A DNA stretch of 64,000 nt from a virus, in IMG/VR virus record IMGVR_UViG_3300042731_002249, positions 6,432 to 70,431 of that record; one strand, given 5' to 3'. The translations under genes were made by a program, and so were the position numbers. A model generated the notes under the pieces. That model was given only the letters and a program-made list of their open reading frames with translations, made no database searches and had not been told where the DNA came from. Shown here piece after piece: positions 36,468 to 45,118 of the stretch. The number at the start of each line of letters is the position of its first letter. Position 1 is the stretch's first letter.

Positions 36468-36651
36468 GCTTTCCTATCACCTCGCAGTCAACGCAATTCA
36501 GAACGGTGGCATTGAACCGTTTTTCGCTGAGCGTTTTTACAGCGAAGACAACGAGCTGTTCAGGTTCATCACGACCACACCGGAATACAAAGAGGCGCAG
36601 CAGGTGGTCAGGCACTGGCTGAGGAAGCAGGAGCAGGAGAGCAAGCCATGA
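36454..36651 (+). CDS. Hypothetical protein
   Basis: Fills the operon gap and is coupled to the next gene. Confidence 0.5.
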   Translation: MLVDRLSYHLAVNAIQNGGIEPFFAERFYSEDNELFRFITTTPEYKEAQQVVRHWLRKQEQESKP

Positions 36652-37025
36652 GTGACGCATTCGACCGCTATTATCACCGCGACAACATCCCTGATCGGCT
36701 AATAGGAAAACTCAGCATTCAAGATATGCGTGAATTAGCGCAGCCATTAGCAGGCCGCATCGCTGAACTGGAAGCACAAAACAGGCGACAGTCAGATGAG
36801 GTTAATTTCTCTCGGCAGCGCAGCATAGACGATGGGAAGCGAATCGAAGAACTGGAGGCCGAAAACGCCAAGCTGTTAGACAGAGAGCGCGAGCTTAATG
36901 AGCATGGGCGAATGCTAAAGATTGAGAACGCCAAGCTGCGGGATGCGATAAACGATTACTTGCGCTATGCAAAAGGCGGCGCACTCGATGTGCTGATAAA
37001 AGCCGTGCAGGAGGACAAGGCATGA
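36648..37025 (+). CDS. Coiled-coil hypothetical protein
   Basis: RI(A/E)ELEA.N repeats. Confidence 0.6.
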   Translation: MSDAFDRYYHRDNIPDRLIGKLSIQDMRELAQPLAGRIAELEAQNRRQSDEVNFSRQRSIDDGKRIEELEAENAKLLDRERELNEHGRMLKIENAKLRDAINDYLRYAKGGALDVLIKAVQEDKA

Positions 37026-37690
37026 GTGATATCGCATACAGCGCTGACGTGGAACTGCACGAGGCGAAGTGGACAGACAAGGACGGCAGCACGGTGACAT
37101 TCAAGCTGCCGATGGCTGGCATGGAAGGTCAGCGCAACCCGTTCGAGAAATGGACCAAACGCAGGAAAGGGCACGCCGGGACACGTTTCATGATGGCGTG
37201 TCAGCACGTCAAGGGCATGGTGCCTGTGTATGCCGACGAGGTGATGCTGACCGGGTGGAACGACAGCCAGACCACAGGGCACACCGTGAAGTTCTGGCTG
37301 GTGTCGGACACGCTGGGTCACCCGTTCGAGGGTTTCGAGCGCGGCAAGGATCGCTTCGCCATCTCTCTGGTTGAACTGGACGACGATCAGGAGCCGATTG
37401 ACCAAGAGATGAGGGACAAGGTGGAGTCATCCAGAAAGCGTTCCTCAGAGCGCCTGAGCTACGCTGCGGCGATGATGTGCAAGAACGAAGGCTTCTGGAC
37501 GTACATCAACGAAACGCAAAATGGACCAGTACAGGTAGGCGGCGAGAACGGCGCACGCATCTGGTTGTGCATGATGTGCAACATCGACAGCAGGGCGCAG
37601 CTCGATGACCCAGAAGAGTCGCTGGCCATCGAGGCATTCCATGACATCAGGCACAAGTTTCTCGACTGGCAGCAAGAGGGCTACTCATGA
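37022..37690 (+). CDS. Phage hypothetical protein
   Basis: C-terminal A..MC....FW...LC..C.I.SRA.LD motif that I recognise from phage proteins. Confidence 0.65.
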   Translation: MSDIAYSADVELHEAKWTDKDGSTVTFKLPMAGMEGQRNPFEKWTKRRKGHAGTRFMMACQHVKGMVPVYADEVMLTGWNDSQTTGHTVKFWLVSDTLGHPFEGFERGKDRFAISLVELDDDQEPIDQEMRDKVESSRKRSSERLSYAAAMMCKNEGFWTYINETQNGPVQVGGENGARIWLCMMCNIDSRAQLDDPEESLAIEAFHDIRHKFLDWQQEGYS

Positions 37691-38160
37691 CAACGGAAAG
37701 GCTGACCAGAACCGAGGTGCTTATGGGCGCTCAGGTTGGCGTGATGCGTAGGATTGCGTCTTATCTCAAACTGCGAGACAACAACAGAGACCCAAAGGGC
37801 GACGAGCTGACGTGGGACAGGGATATTGAGGGGGCGCTGGGTGAGCTGGCGTTCTGCAAGTGGGCAGATATACACTGGACTGGCAGCATCAATACATTCC
37901 ATGATCCAGATGCCGGGGTAGACATTCAGGTCAGGACAACAAAGCTGTCATCAGGTTGCCTGATAGTCAGGGCAGATGACAAACGAGAAGACAAGTACGT
38001 TCTTGTTACTGGCATCCATCCCACCTATCAAATCAGGGGTTGGGTGTATGGGCATGAAGCACAGAAGCCAGAGTTCGTAAGAGATGATGAGTCATGGTTC
38101 GTTCCGATCACAAAGCTGAGACCATTGGAGTCTCTGTCAGTAGCCACGAAAAAGCCCTGA
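37687..38160 (+). CDS. Putative PD-(D/E)XK-like nuclease
   Basis: GALGELA...PD...IQVRTT pattern. Confidence 0.5.
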   Translation: MTTERLTRTEVLMGAQVGVMRRIASYLKLRDNNRDPKGDELTWDRDIEGALGELAFCKWADIHWTGSINTFHDPDAGVDIQVRTTKLSSGCLIVRADDKREDKYVLVTGIHPTYQIRGWVYGHEAQKPEFVRDDESWFVPITKLRPLESLSVATKKP

Positions 38161-38492
38161 GAGGACTGAGGTGCGCCGTCTGTCGCAGTACAGCAGTCAC
38201 TCTGCATCACTGTCATGGTGGTTCGATGAAGGACCATGGCTGGCACGTAGGTGTCGGCCAAAAGCAAAACCCGTTTCTGCAAATCCCGCTGCACCACCTG
38301 TACCACACTGGCGATCTGGGCATCGACTACGGCTATGGGGTAGAGTCATGGGAAGCAGCGTTCGGCACTCAAGTGGAGCATTTACGATGGGTCAACGGAC
38401 AGCTTGGCTACGACATATTCGAGGAAGCGCAGCGGTGGGCAAAAGAAAACCGGCCAAATACCACAACAAGAAAGTCCACTGGGGAGGAATGA
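38094..38492 (+). CDS. Ref/DUF968-like HNH-type nuclease
   Basis: CAVC, LHH, IPL...YH.G..GI, G..SWE..FGT. Confidence 0.65.
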   Translation: MVRSDHKAETIGVSVSSHEKALRGLRCAVCRSTAVTLHHCHGGSMKDHGWHVGVGQKQNPFLQIPLHHLYHTGDLGIDYGYGVESWEAAFGTQVEHLRWVNGQLGYDIFEEAQRWAKENRPNTTTRKSTGEE

Positions 38493-38785
38493 CGTTCGAC
38501 TCCATCAGGGAGTTCGAGCGGTATCAGGAGCTGGCCCTCATGGAGAAGGCCGGGGTGATCGATGACCTGCGCTGTCAGGAGAGGATCAACCTCACCTGTG
38601 GCGGCGCACCAGTCAAGTCCAAGAAAGGAAGGCAGCTGTCCTACATCGTGGACTTCAAGTACTACGACAGGGAGCTGAAGCGCTGGCGGCTGGAAGATGT
38701 CAAAGGGTACAACACAAGGGTGGGCGATCTGAAGATCGCGGTGGTCGAGGCAGAGACTGGTATCGAGGTAGAGATTGTGAGATAG
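38435..38785 (+). CDS. DUF1064-family endonuclease
   Basis: KYHNKK...FDS.RE..RY.EL, YIVDF.Y, EDVKG. Confidence 0.85.
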   Translation: MGKRKPAKYHNKKVHWGGMTFDSIREFERYQELALMEKAGVIDDLRCQERINLTCGGAPVKSKKGRQLSYIVDFKYYDRELKRWRLEDVKGYNTRVGDLKIAVVEAETGIEVEIVR

Positions 38786-38841
38786 TCAGCACTGGTCTTT
38801 CCAAACCCAAGGCCAAACTCATTGTCTTCTTCACAATGATG

Positions 38842-38871
38842 AAGGGGGTCCTCGCGGACCCCCTTTTTATT
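38842..38871. terminator. Intrinsic terminator between convergent operons
   Basis: AAGGGGGTCC-TCGC-GGACCCCCTT followed by a T-run. Confidence 0.85.
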
Positions 38872-38872
38872 G

Positions 38873-39400
38873 TCAGTCAAGGACTGACTTGACCATCTCC
38901 ATCAGAGCGTGGGAGCTGTATAACAGCCTGCCGTCCTTTGGCTCTGCACCGAACACTCGCAGCGCTTCGATGAGCAGGCCAAGGTCTTTCTCGCTCAGGG
39001 CGAAGTTGATCTGTTTGGCTTCCTTGAGCATCTTATCAATGGCGTTGCCGACAGCCCGTTTGCCAACCTTTTGGCTGAGCGTTGGCAGGACTTTAGCCAT
39101 GTGCGTAAAGCTAAACTCGTTGATGAGTTCAAGGGCTTCGTTCTTGGTGTAACCAAGCGCTTGGAAGCGCCTGAACGTGTGCAGGTATCGAAATCCCTGA
39201 CCACGCGAGAACGACAGCTCTTCATCAATCAGCCCACCCATGGACTCGTAGCCCAACAGGTCGTACAGCTTTCCGTGAGCGAGAGCGGACAGTATGCGTC
39301 CCATCTCCCAGTATGCGCCATGGACGGTAGCGTCGAGGTCTCGAAGCTGGTCCAGCATCCGGCGTGCGTATTCGTCTGACTTGCGGTTCATTAGTGCCAT
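38873..39400 (-). CDS. Hypothetical protein, possibly HTH-containing
   Basis: YWEMG..L...LY..LGY.S......EEL.FS pattern; AGGAG RBS. Confidence 0.6.
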   Translation of the reverse strand: MALMNRKSDEYARRMLDQLRDLDATVHGAYWEMGRILSALAHGKLYDLLGYESMGGLIDEELSFSRGQGFRYLHTFRRFQALGYTKNEALELINEFSFTHMAKVLPTLSQKVGKRAVGNAIDKMLKEAKQINFALSEKDLGLLIEALRVFGAEPKDGRLLYSSHALMEMVKSVLD

Positions 39401-39411
39401 AGTCTTCTCCT

Positions 39412-39585
39412 TCAATGCACAGTGGCGAGTACGTTGTCGAGGTGTATGAGCAGGTACTTGGCGAAATCTACCAGCACCTCGTTGCCCTCAAACTCGAACA
39501 CGTCTTCGCCGTTCTCTACTGCCTCGTTGTAGGCAGCGCGAAACTGGTCACGCTTCTCTGGCGTGAATGTAATTTGGTTGCTCAT
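39412..39585 (-). CDS. Hypothetical protein
   Basis: MSNQITFTP...F.FEG.E.LV.FAKYL; GAGG RBS. Confidence 0.6.
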   Translation of the reverse strand: MSNQITFTPEKRDQFRAAYNEAVENGEDVFEFEGNEVLVDFAKYLLIHLDNVLATVH

Positions 39586-39586
39586 A

Positions 39587-39982
39587 TCACAAACCTCTCT
39601 TCTTCTTGTCAAAGCACTCGATGGCATAGTCCAGAGACTTCTCATCATCAATGTTGCAGATGAGGCCACGTCGCCGCGCATGGAAGGCGCACTCGCCAGT
39701 ATCGAAGTCTTTCCGGTACTCGCAGTCGCCAGACCATATCGAGGCAAACATCTCCGTGCCATCGGCGTGCTGTACGTGAATCAGACGACCGTCAGCGATC
39801 TCTTCGATGGGCGTATCGGAGCGCACCAGATCAGGTGCTTCCCATTGATCGGGAGTGTCCTTGATAAGCTGGTCCTGATACGCAGCGTTGGTGTCCTCGG
39901 CCTTGCCATGGAAGTAAATCCATGACCAGAAGTGAGGCAGGTCACGCTGGCTCAGAGGCCCTACTTTGATCGTCTTCTTCAT
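39587..39982 (-). CDS. Hypothetical protein
   Basis: GGAG RBS before MKKTIKVG. Confidence 0.6.
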   Translation of the reverse strand: MKKTIKVGPLSQRDLPHFWSWIYFHGKAEDTNAAYQDQLIKDTPDQWEAPDLVRSDTPIEEIADGRLIHVQHADGTEMFASIWSGDCEYRKDFDTGECAFHARRRGLICNIDDEKSLDYAIECFDKKKRGL

Positions 39983-39992
39983 TGTCTTCTCC

Positions 39993-40038
39993 AAAAAAAC
40001 TGGAGCCGAGGGGAAAGGAGGTAAACCCCTCGGCTCCA
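39993..40038 (-). terminator. Intrinsic terminator
   Basis: TGGAGCCGAGGGG...CCCCTCGGCTCCA stem followed by a T-run on the minus strand. Confidence 0.75.
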
Positions 40039-40045
40039 CTTCAGG

Positions 40046-41173
40046 TTACGCTGCTGCGGGAACAGCTTCGGCAACCCGGTTCCATGACCGCATCTGCATG
40101 TCGATGATCTGTGCGCCAATGTTCTCCAGCTCACAGGCCCTGTCGTAGTCCACGGCTTCCGTGTTGGCTACCTTGGTGACAGCGTTCAACATACCCCACC
40201 GGCTCATGTCGCCATCAGTCAGCAGGTTCTCGATGATGCTTTCTTTCTCACCGTCGCGGATAGGAACTTCCTTGGCCAGCTGATCAACAGCGGCGAAGGC
40301 GTTCTGCACCTGCGGACCTTCCTTAGTGGCCCTCAGAGCATCGCCCATCTTCTGGACGTTCTCTGGGTCCGTGACAGCCGTCAGGCTATCGGTCAGCTCA
40401 GCGATCAGAAGCTCGTTCTGCTTGCGCTTCGTCTCGTCGGTGAAGACCTCAAAGTCTCCGTTGACCGTAGCGATCTTGCCGCCCACGTGCCTGCGGTTGT
40501 AGTTGAAGATGTCCATCTTGCCGAACACACAACCATTCAAGCAGTAGCTCCGGTAGAAGAAGCCATCGATCTCCATCGAGCCGTGCCCAGTTTCGCTGTT
40601 GCGAATCAGAGCGCCGGGGCGAACGATGTCAGGCGTTCCATCCCGCGTCGTGCCGATCTCCTGTGCCAGCTCGTCGCCCGTGAACAGTACTTTGATGTAC
40701 ATGTTGTTCTCGGTGACGTTGCTGCTCAGCAGTTGACTGGGCACGTCGCCCTTGACGATAGGCGGCAGGACCTGCTCGATAACTTCGTCGTTATCAATCG
40801 TCCGGTAGCGATCCGAAAGGAAAGCTCGTGCCTTGCCGTCGAGGGTCCGAAGCAGGCGAGTCTGCGGCTCACGCTCGAACAGAGCGTTGACCTGAGACAT
40901 CACCAGATCGGGGTGGTCTTCGAGCAACCGGTTGTAGTACTTCCACGGTATCTGAAGCCTGCTTGCGATCTGCCGGTGACAATTCTCGGTGATCGTGAAG
41001 CGCTCCAACTCGGTGCTACCTTCCTTGCGCAATACAAGGGCAACCTTTTCAGCGAGGTCCGGGGCTTCGACCATGGCAATGCTTTCCTTGGTGTTGGCCA
41101 CGAAATCACGCTTACGCTCACGTTGCTCGATCACGGTGGTGAGAAGGTTTTCGAGTGACATTCCACGTTTCAT
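40046..41173 (-). CDS. DUF932/DUF945-like phage protein
   Basis: RAFLSDRYRTIDN, NSETGHGS, C.NG, RRHVG, WG.LNAVT. Confidence 0.8.
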   Translation of the reverse strand: MKRGMSLENLLTTVIEQRERKRDFVANTKESIAMVEAPDLAEKVALVLRKEGSTELERFTITENCHRQIASRLQIPWKYYNRLLEDHPDLVMSQVNALFEREPQTRLLRTLDGKARAFLSDRYRTIDNDEVIEQVLPPIVKGDVPSQLLSSNVTENNMYIKVLFTGDELAQEIGTTRDGTPDIVRPGALIRNSETGHGSMEIDGFFYRSYCLNGCVFGKMDIFNYNRRHVGGKIATVNGDFEVFTDETKRKQNELLIAELTDSLTAVTDPENVQKMGDALRATKEGPQVQNAFAAVDQLAKEVPIRDGEKESIIENLLTDGDMSRWGMLNAVTKVANTEAVDYDRACELENIGAQIIDMQMRSWNRVAEAVPAAA

Positions 41174-41220
41174 GATGTTCTCCTGTTAGTGCTGGTCGGC
41201 CATCCCGACCAGATATGCTT

Positions 41221-41249
41221 ATCTTAGTGTCACTGTCAGAGGAAGTCAA
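41221..41249 (-). promoter_or_regulatory. Sigma70-like leftward promoter
   Basis: TTGACT-17 nt-TAAGAT; near copy of the 31215 and 44404 promoters. Confidence 0.7.
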
Positions 41250-41264
41250 CCCCTGTGTCAGTGT

Positions 41265-41495
41265 TTATTCGTCTTTTTTGATACCCGGCATCATGTTGTG
41301 CTTGTCCATGCACATCAGCAGGTTCACTGCCATGTCGGGCATCTTCCTATGGCTGACTTTTCGTGGTGGGGTAAGCCACCTATCGACCGCGCTCAGGTTG
41401 ACAGAGCAAGCCGCAGCGATTTGTGGTCGCGTCAGGCCGCGCTCTTTCATGAAGCGCTTCAGCCATGCGTTGTTGTTCCTCGGTCGAGGGGCCAT
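41265..41495 (-). CDS. HTH DNA-binding protein
   Basis: LKRFMKERGLTRPQIAAACSVNLSAVDRWL. Confidence 0.75.
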   Translation of the reverse strand: MAPRPRNNNAWLKRFMKERGLTRPQIAAACSVNLSAVDRWLTPPRKVSHRKMPDMAVNLLMCMDKHNMMPGIKKDE

Positions 41496-41516
41496 ATCAA
41501 TCTCCGTTCTATTGGT

Positions 41517-41548
41517 AAAAAAAAGGCCCTACCCCGAAGGGCAGGGCC
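41517..41548 (-). terminator. Intrinsic terminator
   Basis: GGCCCT...AGGGCC stem followed by a T-run on the minus strand. Confidence 0.7.
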
Positions 41549-41556
41549 GGTGAGTG

Positions 41557-41793
41557 TTACCCGAAGGTGCGGTTGAGGATCGCCAGACCCTCGCGAACCT
41601 TGGAAACGTCCGAGTCAGTGATCTCGACTGCGGGGCCGACATCCCTCAGCGCCAGTGCGCGGAGATCAACTCCCAGCTCGTTAGCGATCTTGGTGACGGC
41701 CTCTTCCGGGTTCAGTCCAGCTTCGCGCAAAACGTCGCTGGTCGATACACCTACTTCGTTCGCCAGTGCGGCGATCAGTGCTGCAATACTCAT
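41557..41793 (-). CDS. Hypothetical protein
   Basis: AGGAG RBS; ANE(V/L)GV internal repeat. Confidence 0.6.
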   Translation of the reverse strand: MSIAALIAALANEVGVSTSDVLREAGLNPEEAVTKIANELGVDLRALALRDVGPAVEITDSDVSKVREGLAILNRTFG

Positions 41794-41804
41794 GGTCTTC
41801 TCCT

Positions 41805-42080
41805 TCACGCAGCCTTCTGTGCTTCTGTCAGGAATGACTTGGCTGCTTTGGTCATTCCCAACCTGTTGCCGATGCCCCGGTACTGGCGCACGACACCTTT
41901 CATCGTCTTGCGACCAGCGAGGGGAGCATCCCTCATGTAGCGCTGCTCTGACAGCGGTAGCTTCCGCAGCGTCAGGCCAGAGCCTTCGATCAACAGAACT
42001 GGCAGGAGCTTCCTGCCGGGTGGTCCGACCAATACAGTCTTTTCACCCGTTTCAGTCCGGTAGTGCTTCAGTTCATACAT
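41805..42080 (-). CDS. Hypothetical early protein
   Basis: GGAG RBS; first gene after a consensus promoter. Confidence 0.6.
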   Translation of the reverse strand: MYELKHYRTETGEKTVLVGPPGRKLLPVLLIEGSGLTLRKLPLSEQRYMRDAPLAGRKTMKGVVRQYRGIGNRLGMTKAAKSFLTEAQKAA

Positions 42081-42108
42081 CGTCTTCTCCACTTGATGAA
42101 CACCTGCC

Positions 42109-42137
42109 ATTATACATGACAATGGCAGGGGTGTCAA
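42109..42137 (-). promoter_or_regulatory. Perfect-consensus sigma70 promoter
   Basis: TTGACA-17 nt-TATAAT on the minus strand. Confidence 0.85.
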
Positions 42138-42146
42138 CGTCAGTGG

Positions 42147-42713
42147 TCAGACTTCGGCCTCGCTAACGTAGTCCATCATGTCGCTCAGCGCCACGCTTAT
42201 TGCTTCCTGCTCAGCTTCCTCGCGGTTCTGATTCCATTCAGCTTTTGCGTCTTGGAACTCGATGTCACCATCCTCGTCCTCATCGAACTCGTCGCGCTCA
42301 GGCTCGTCCTCATCGAACTCCCATTCCTCATCGATCATGTCCAGCTCGCTGATGGCGCTGTCCAGTGCATCGACTCGTTCCTGAAGCAGCTCACCCGTGG
42401 GCGAGTACTGCAACTGGTCTGGCATGTTGTCCAGTGATCCCTGAGTCTCGTCACGCAGGTTCTCCAGCTCGTTGATGATGTCTTCCTTGAGGCCCTGTAT
42501 GTCCTCGTAGGATGACGTGCTGAAATCCTCGATCTGCTCAACCAGAGAGCGAACCTGTGAGTAGTACGCGCTCTGCGTCAGCTGACTGGGCCGTGGCCGA
42601 GTCTTCGAGTAACGCTTGCCGCCATAGCGGAACTTCCACCAGTAGTACGACTCACCTTTCTTGGCAACGGGGTTGTCCTTCCGTGCCGACTTCACAAATG
42701 TAACCCTTGGCAT
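42147..42713 (-). CDS. Protein with a basic N-terminus and a highly acidic coiled-coil C-terminus
   Basis: KKGESYYWWKFRYG.KRYSK..P..SQLT; AGGAG RBS. Confidence 0.7.
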   Translation of the reverse strand: MPRVTFVKSARKDNPVAKKGESYYWWKFRYGGKRYSKTRPRPSQLTQSAYYSQVRSLVEQIEDFSTSSYEDIQGLKEDIINELENLRDETQGSLDNMPDQLQYSPTGELLQERVDALDSAISELDMIDEEWEFDEDEPERDEFDEDEDGDIEFQDAKAEWNQNREEAEQEAISVALSDMMDYVSEAEV

Positions 42714-42728
42714 GATCCTTCTCCTTCC

Positions 42729-43022
42729 TCAGTAAACTTGAGGGAAATTGTCAATCGACTCCGCAGTCCTGCGGTTGGTCTCGCAGCCCATAAAGAACTC
42801 GATGCACCGCTTGCGGTCCTCGACCACGCTGCGACCGTCGAGCAGGCTCACCATCAGGTGTGCGTACTCCCGGCTGATGCCGGTCATGACGACCTCGCGA
42901 CTGTCGTCACGAGGCCAGCCATTGACCCACGTCTGTTCGCAGCGCACTACGTCATACACGTCAGGAGCATTGTCCTTGTGCTGACTCACGTAGTGGTGAA
43001 ACGACTTGATGTCTTTCATCAT
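42729..43022 (-). CDS. Hypothetical protein
   Basis: AGGAG RBS before MMKDIK. Confidence 0.55.
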   Translation of the reverse strand: MMKDIKSFHHYVSQHKDNAPDVYDVVRCEQTWVNGWPRDDSREVVMTGISREYAHLMVSLLDGRSVVEDRKRCIEFFMGCETNRRTAESIDNFPQVY

Positions 43023-43029
43023 CTTCTCC

Positions 43030-43257
43030 TTACCTTCGGTCGGCGCGTCTGCCGATGTTGTATTCCTTGCCAAGTTTCCTCAGCTCTTCACCGCGCTCCA
43101 TCCAGATCGCACCGTAGTTGTTGTCACGGTTGTGCTTGGTCTCTGCGATGTCATCACAGACATCACCGATGGTCTCAAGCAGCCCATTGATGCCACGCTC
43201 AGCAATCATCAGCCGAAGTGCAGCCTTGTCTTTCTCATAGTCACTCAGCCTCATCAT
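43030..43257 (-). CDS. Hypothetical protein
   Basis: AGGAG RBS; operon packing. Confidence 0.55.
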   Translation of the reverse strand: MMRLSDYEKDKAALRLMIAERGINGLLETIGDVCDDIAETKHNRDNNYGAIWMERGEELRKLGKEYNIGRRADRR

Positions 43258-44128
43258 CTTCTCCTTCAGTCTTCACAACCTTGACCTTGCTGTAGTTGTA
43301 CTGGTCGCCAACCATCGAGCGCAGCTCAGAGACGAACTTCTGTCTTGCGACAAGACGATCATCGAGCGTGAACCCAAAGTTGAAGAACCGGTCAACCTCG
43401 CGGCGCGTGACGTACTGCAAGAACGCCTGCGCAACCTCGGCCTCGGACTTCAGTTCTGCGCCATCCTCAATGGTCAGGCGCGTGCCATTACGGAACGACT
43501 CAAGCAGCTTAACCAGCTGACCCAGCACGTTCTCGGCCATCTCTGTCAGCTCAAGGCCGACATTGATCTCGCCACCTTCCATACGAATAGCCATGCGCTT
43601 GGCAATCCACTCGAAGTTATCGACGGTGATCTCTTTACCCTCGAACTCCTTCATGGCGAACGTCACCTTCGACTTGCCCTGCTCAGCCATTTTGACCAGC
43701 GGCTTGATGTACTTCTTTTGCACATCTTCGTCAGTGATGCCCGTGGTGCCGTACTTCTCACGCAGGGCCTGTTCTTCGGCACGAGCCTTCGCAGCTGCTT
43801 CGTTCTCAGCCTGCTCCTGCTCACGCACGGTTTCTTCGATGTCTTTCAGGCGCTCTTCAGTAGCACGCTCAGCACGCCAACCGGTCCAGCGATCACCGTC
43901 GCCAACACGCTTGCCAATAGAACGCAGGTAGCGCTGAGGCGTTGCGTCGATCTTGGGCGTATCGTCATTCTGCTCTTCAGCAGGTACGATAGGCTCAAGC
44001 GTGAACTGCGTCTTCGTGACCTTGATTACTTCCAGCGGTCGCGTCCAAGTCGTCTTACGAAAGCCGGGACGGTTCACAACGAACTTGTCACCGACCTCGA
44101 TGTTCTTGTAATCCCATCCAATGTACAT
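43241..44128 (-). CDS. Hypothetical protein
   Basis: AGGAG RBS before MYIGWD; SH3-like beta N-terminus (EVIKVTKTQF). Confidence 0.65.
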   Translation of the reverse strand: MYIGWDYKNIEVGDKFVVNRPGFRKTTWTRPLEVIKVTKTQFTLEPIVPAEEQNDDTPKIDATPQRYLRSIGKRVGDGDRWTGWRAERATEERLKDIEETVREQEQAENEAAAKARAEEQALREKYGTTGITDEDVQKKYIKPLVKMAEQGKSKVTFAMKEFEGKEITVDNFEWIAKRMAIRMEGGEINVGLELTEMAENVLGQLVKLLESFRNGTRLTIEDGAELKSEAEVAQAFLQYVTRREVDRFFNFGFTLDDRLVARQKFVSELRSMVGDQYNYSKVKVVKTEGEDDEAE

Positions 44129-44153
44129 GACTAACTCCTTTGCCTTCTTCATC

Positions 44154-44188
44154 AAAAAAGCCCCCCGGCAAACGTGTTACCGAGGGGC
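44154..44188 (-). terminator. Intrinsic terminator after the tRNA pair
   Basis: GCCCCTCGG...CCGGGGGGC followed by T6 on the minus strand. Confidence 0.75.
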
Positions 44189-44195
44189 CGGAATT

Positions 44196-44282
44196 TGGTG
44201 GATGCGGTAGGACTCGAACCTACACGTCCCATAGGGAGCCAGATTTACAGTCTGGTGAGCCAGCCAGTTGCTCAACGCATCC
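44196..44282 (-). tRNA. tRNA-Tyr (GTA)
   Basis: GGATGCG/CGCATCC acceptor stem plus ACCA; anticodon arm CCAGA-CTGTAAA-TCTGG; long variable arm; GTAGG-TTCGAGT-CCTAC T-arm. Confidence 0.93.
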
Positions 44283-44283
44283 T

Positions 44284-44369
44284 TGGTGGACGAGGTAGGA
44301 ATCGAACCTACAAAGCACTTAGGCTACTGGGTTACAGCCAGCGGAACTCACCACCTGTTCAACTCGTCC
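44284..44369 (-). tRNA. tRNA-Tyr (GTA), second divergent copy
   Basis: GGACGAG/CTCGTCC acceptor stem plus ACCA; anticodon arm GCTGG-CTGTAAC-CCAGT; long variable arm; GTAGG-TTCGATT-CCTAC T-arm. Confidence 0.92.
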
Positions 44370-44403
44370 AGTTTGTGGCCGGTCAGTGCCAACCACGGAA
44401 CGA

Positions 44404-44431
44404 ACTATACACCACTGACAGAGGAAGTCAA
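44404..44431 (-). promoter_or_regulatory. Promoter for the tRNA pair
   Basis: TTGACT-16 nt-TATAGT on the minus strand, with CACTGACA in the spacer. Confidence 0.7.
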
Positions 44432-44438
44432 CCCCCTT

Positions 44439-44467
44439 TTGCTATTTTTTTCACACTCAGTGATAAT
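44439..44467 (+). promoter_or_regulatory. Rightward promoter for terS
   Basis: TTGCTA-17 nt-GATAAT; CACTCAGTG palindrome abuts the -10 box. Confidence 0.6.
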
Positions 44468-44473
44468 TCGACC

Positions 44474-45118
44474 ATGGGCCTGACCACCAAACAGCGTGAC
44501 TTCTGCCGATTCTACGTGGAAAACCAGAGTGCGCACCGCTCTGCCATACAGGCTGGCTATAGCGAACAGTACGCGAAATCGAAGAGCGGAACGCTACTGG
44601 ATAATCTGGACGTGGTTGCCGAAATCAAACGCCTGCGAGACCGCATGAACGAGCGTGCCGAGAAGTCAGCGACTGATGTGGTGAATGAGTATGCCCGTGT
44701 CGCTTTCACTGATCGCACCAGCTTCCTGAAAGAGGACCCGCTGCGCCCCGGTGAGCTGATGTTCAAGGCACCTGACGAGCTGACAGATGACCAGAAGGCA
44801 CTGGTAGAAAGGGTCAACGTGTCGCGCCGGGAGATTGACACAGAGCAGGGCAAGGTATGGCGACAGGAGTACAGTTACGTCCTGCTCGACAAGGCCAACG
44901 CGCTGCAACAGATGGGCAGGCACTTCGGTATATTTGATGACAAGCTGAAGCTGATCCAGTCTCAGCAAAACCCATTCAAGAACGCATCACCACAGCAGCT
45001 GGAGCAGCTGAAAAAATCATTCGTTGGAATCATGTCTGGAGAAGCCATTGACGGAGAATACAAAGAAGTTACGCACGTGTTACCTCATGATAAGGGACGT
45101 GCCGGGACAGGAAGATGA
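44474..45118 (+). CDS. terS: Terminase small subunit
   Basis: LTTKQRDFC..Y......SAIQAGYS; DK..AL..MGRH.GIF. Confidence 0.9.
   Translation: MGLTTKQRDFCRFYVENQSAHRSAIQAGYSEQYAKSKSGTLLDNLDVVAEIKRLRDRMNERAEKSATDVVNEYARVAFTDRTSFLKEDPLRPGELMFKAPDELTDDQKALVERVNVSRREIDTEQGKVWRQEYSYVLLDKANALQQMGRHFGIFDDKLKLIQSQQNPFKNASPQQLEQLKKSFVGIMSGEAIDGEYKEVTHVLPHDKGRAGTGR

Noticed and set aside
44196-44369. Prophage attachment site at the tRNAs
   Set aside because: No integrase, no duplicated tRNA 3' end elsewhere, and phage genes on both sides.
44174-44473. 100-aa N-terminal extension of terS in the ORF track
   Set aside because: It is the antisense of the two tRNA genes and their promoter; the terS motif starts at ATG 44474.
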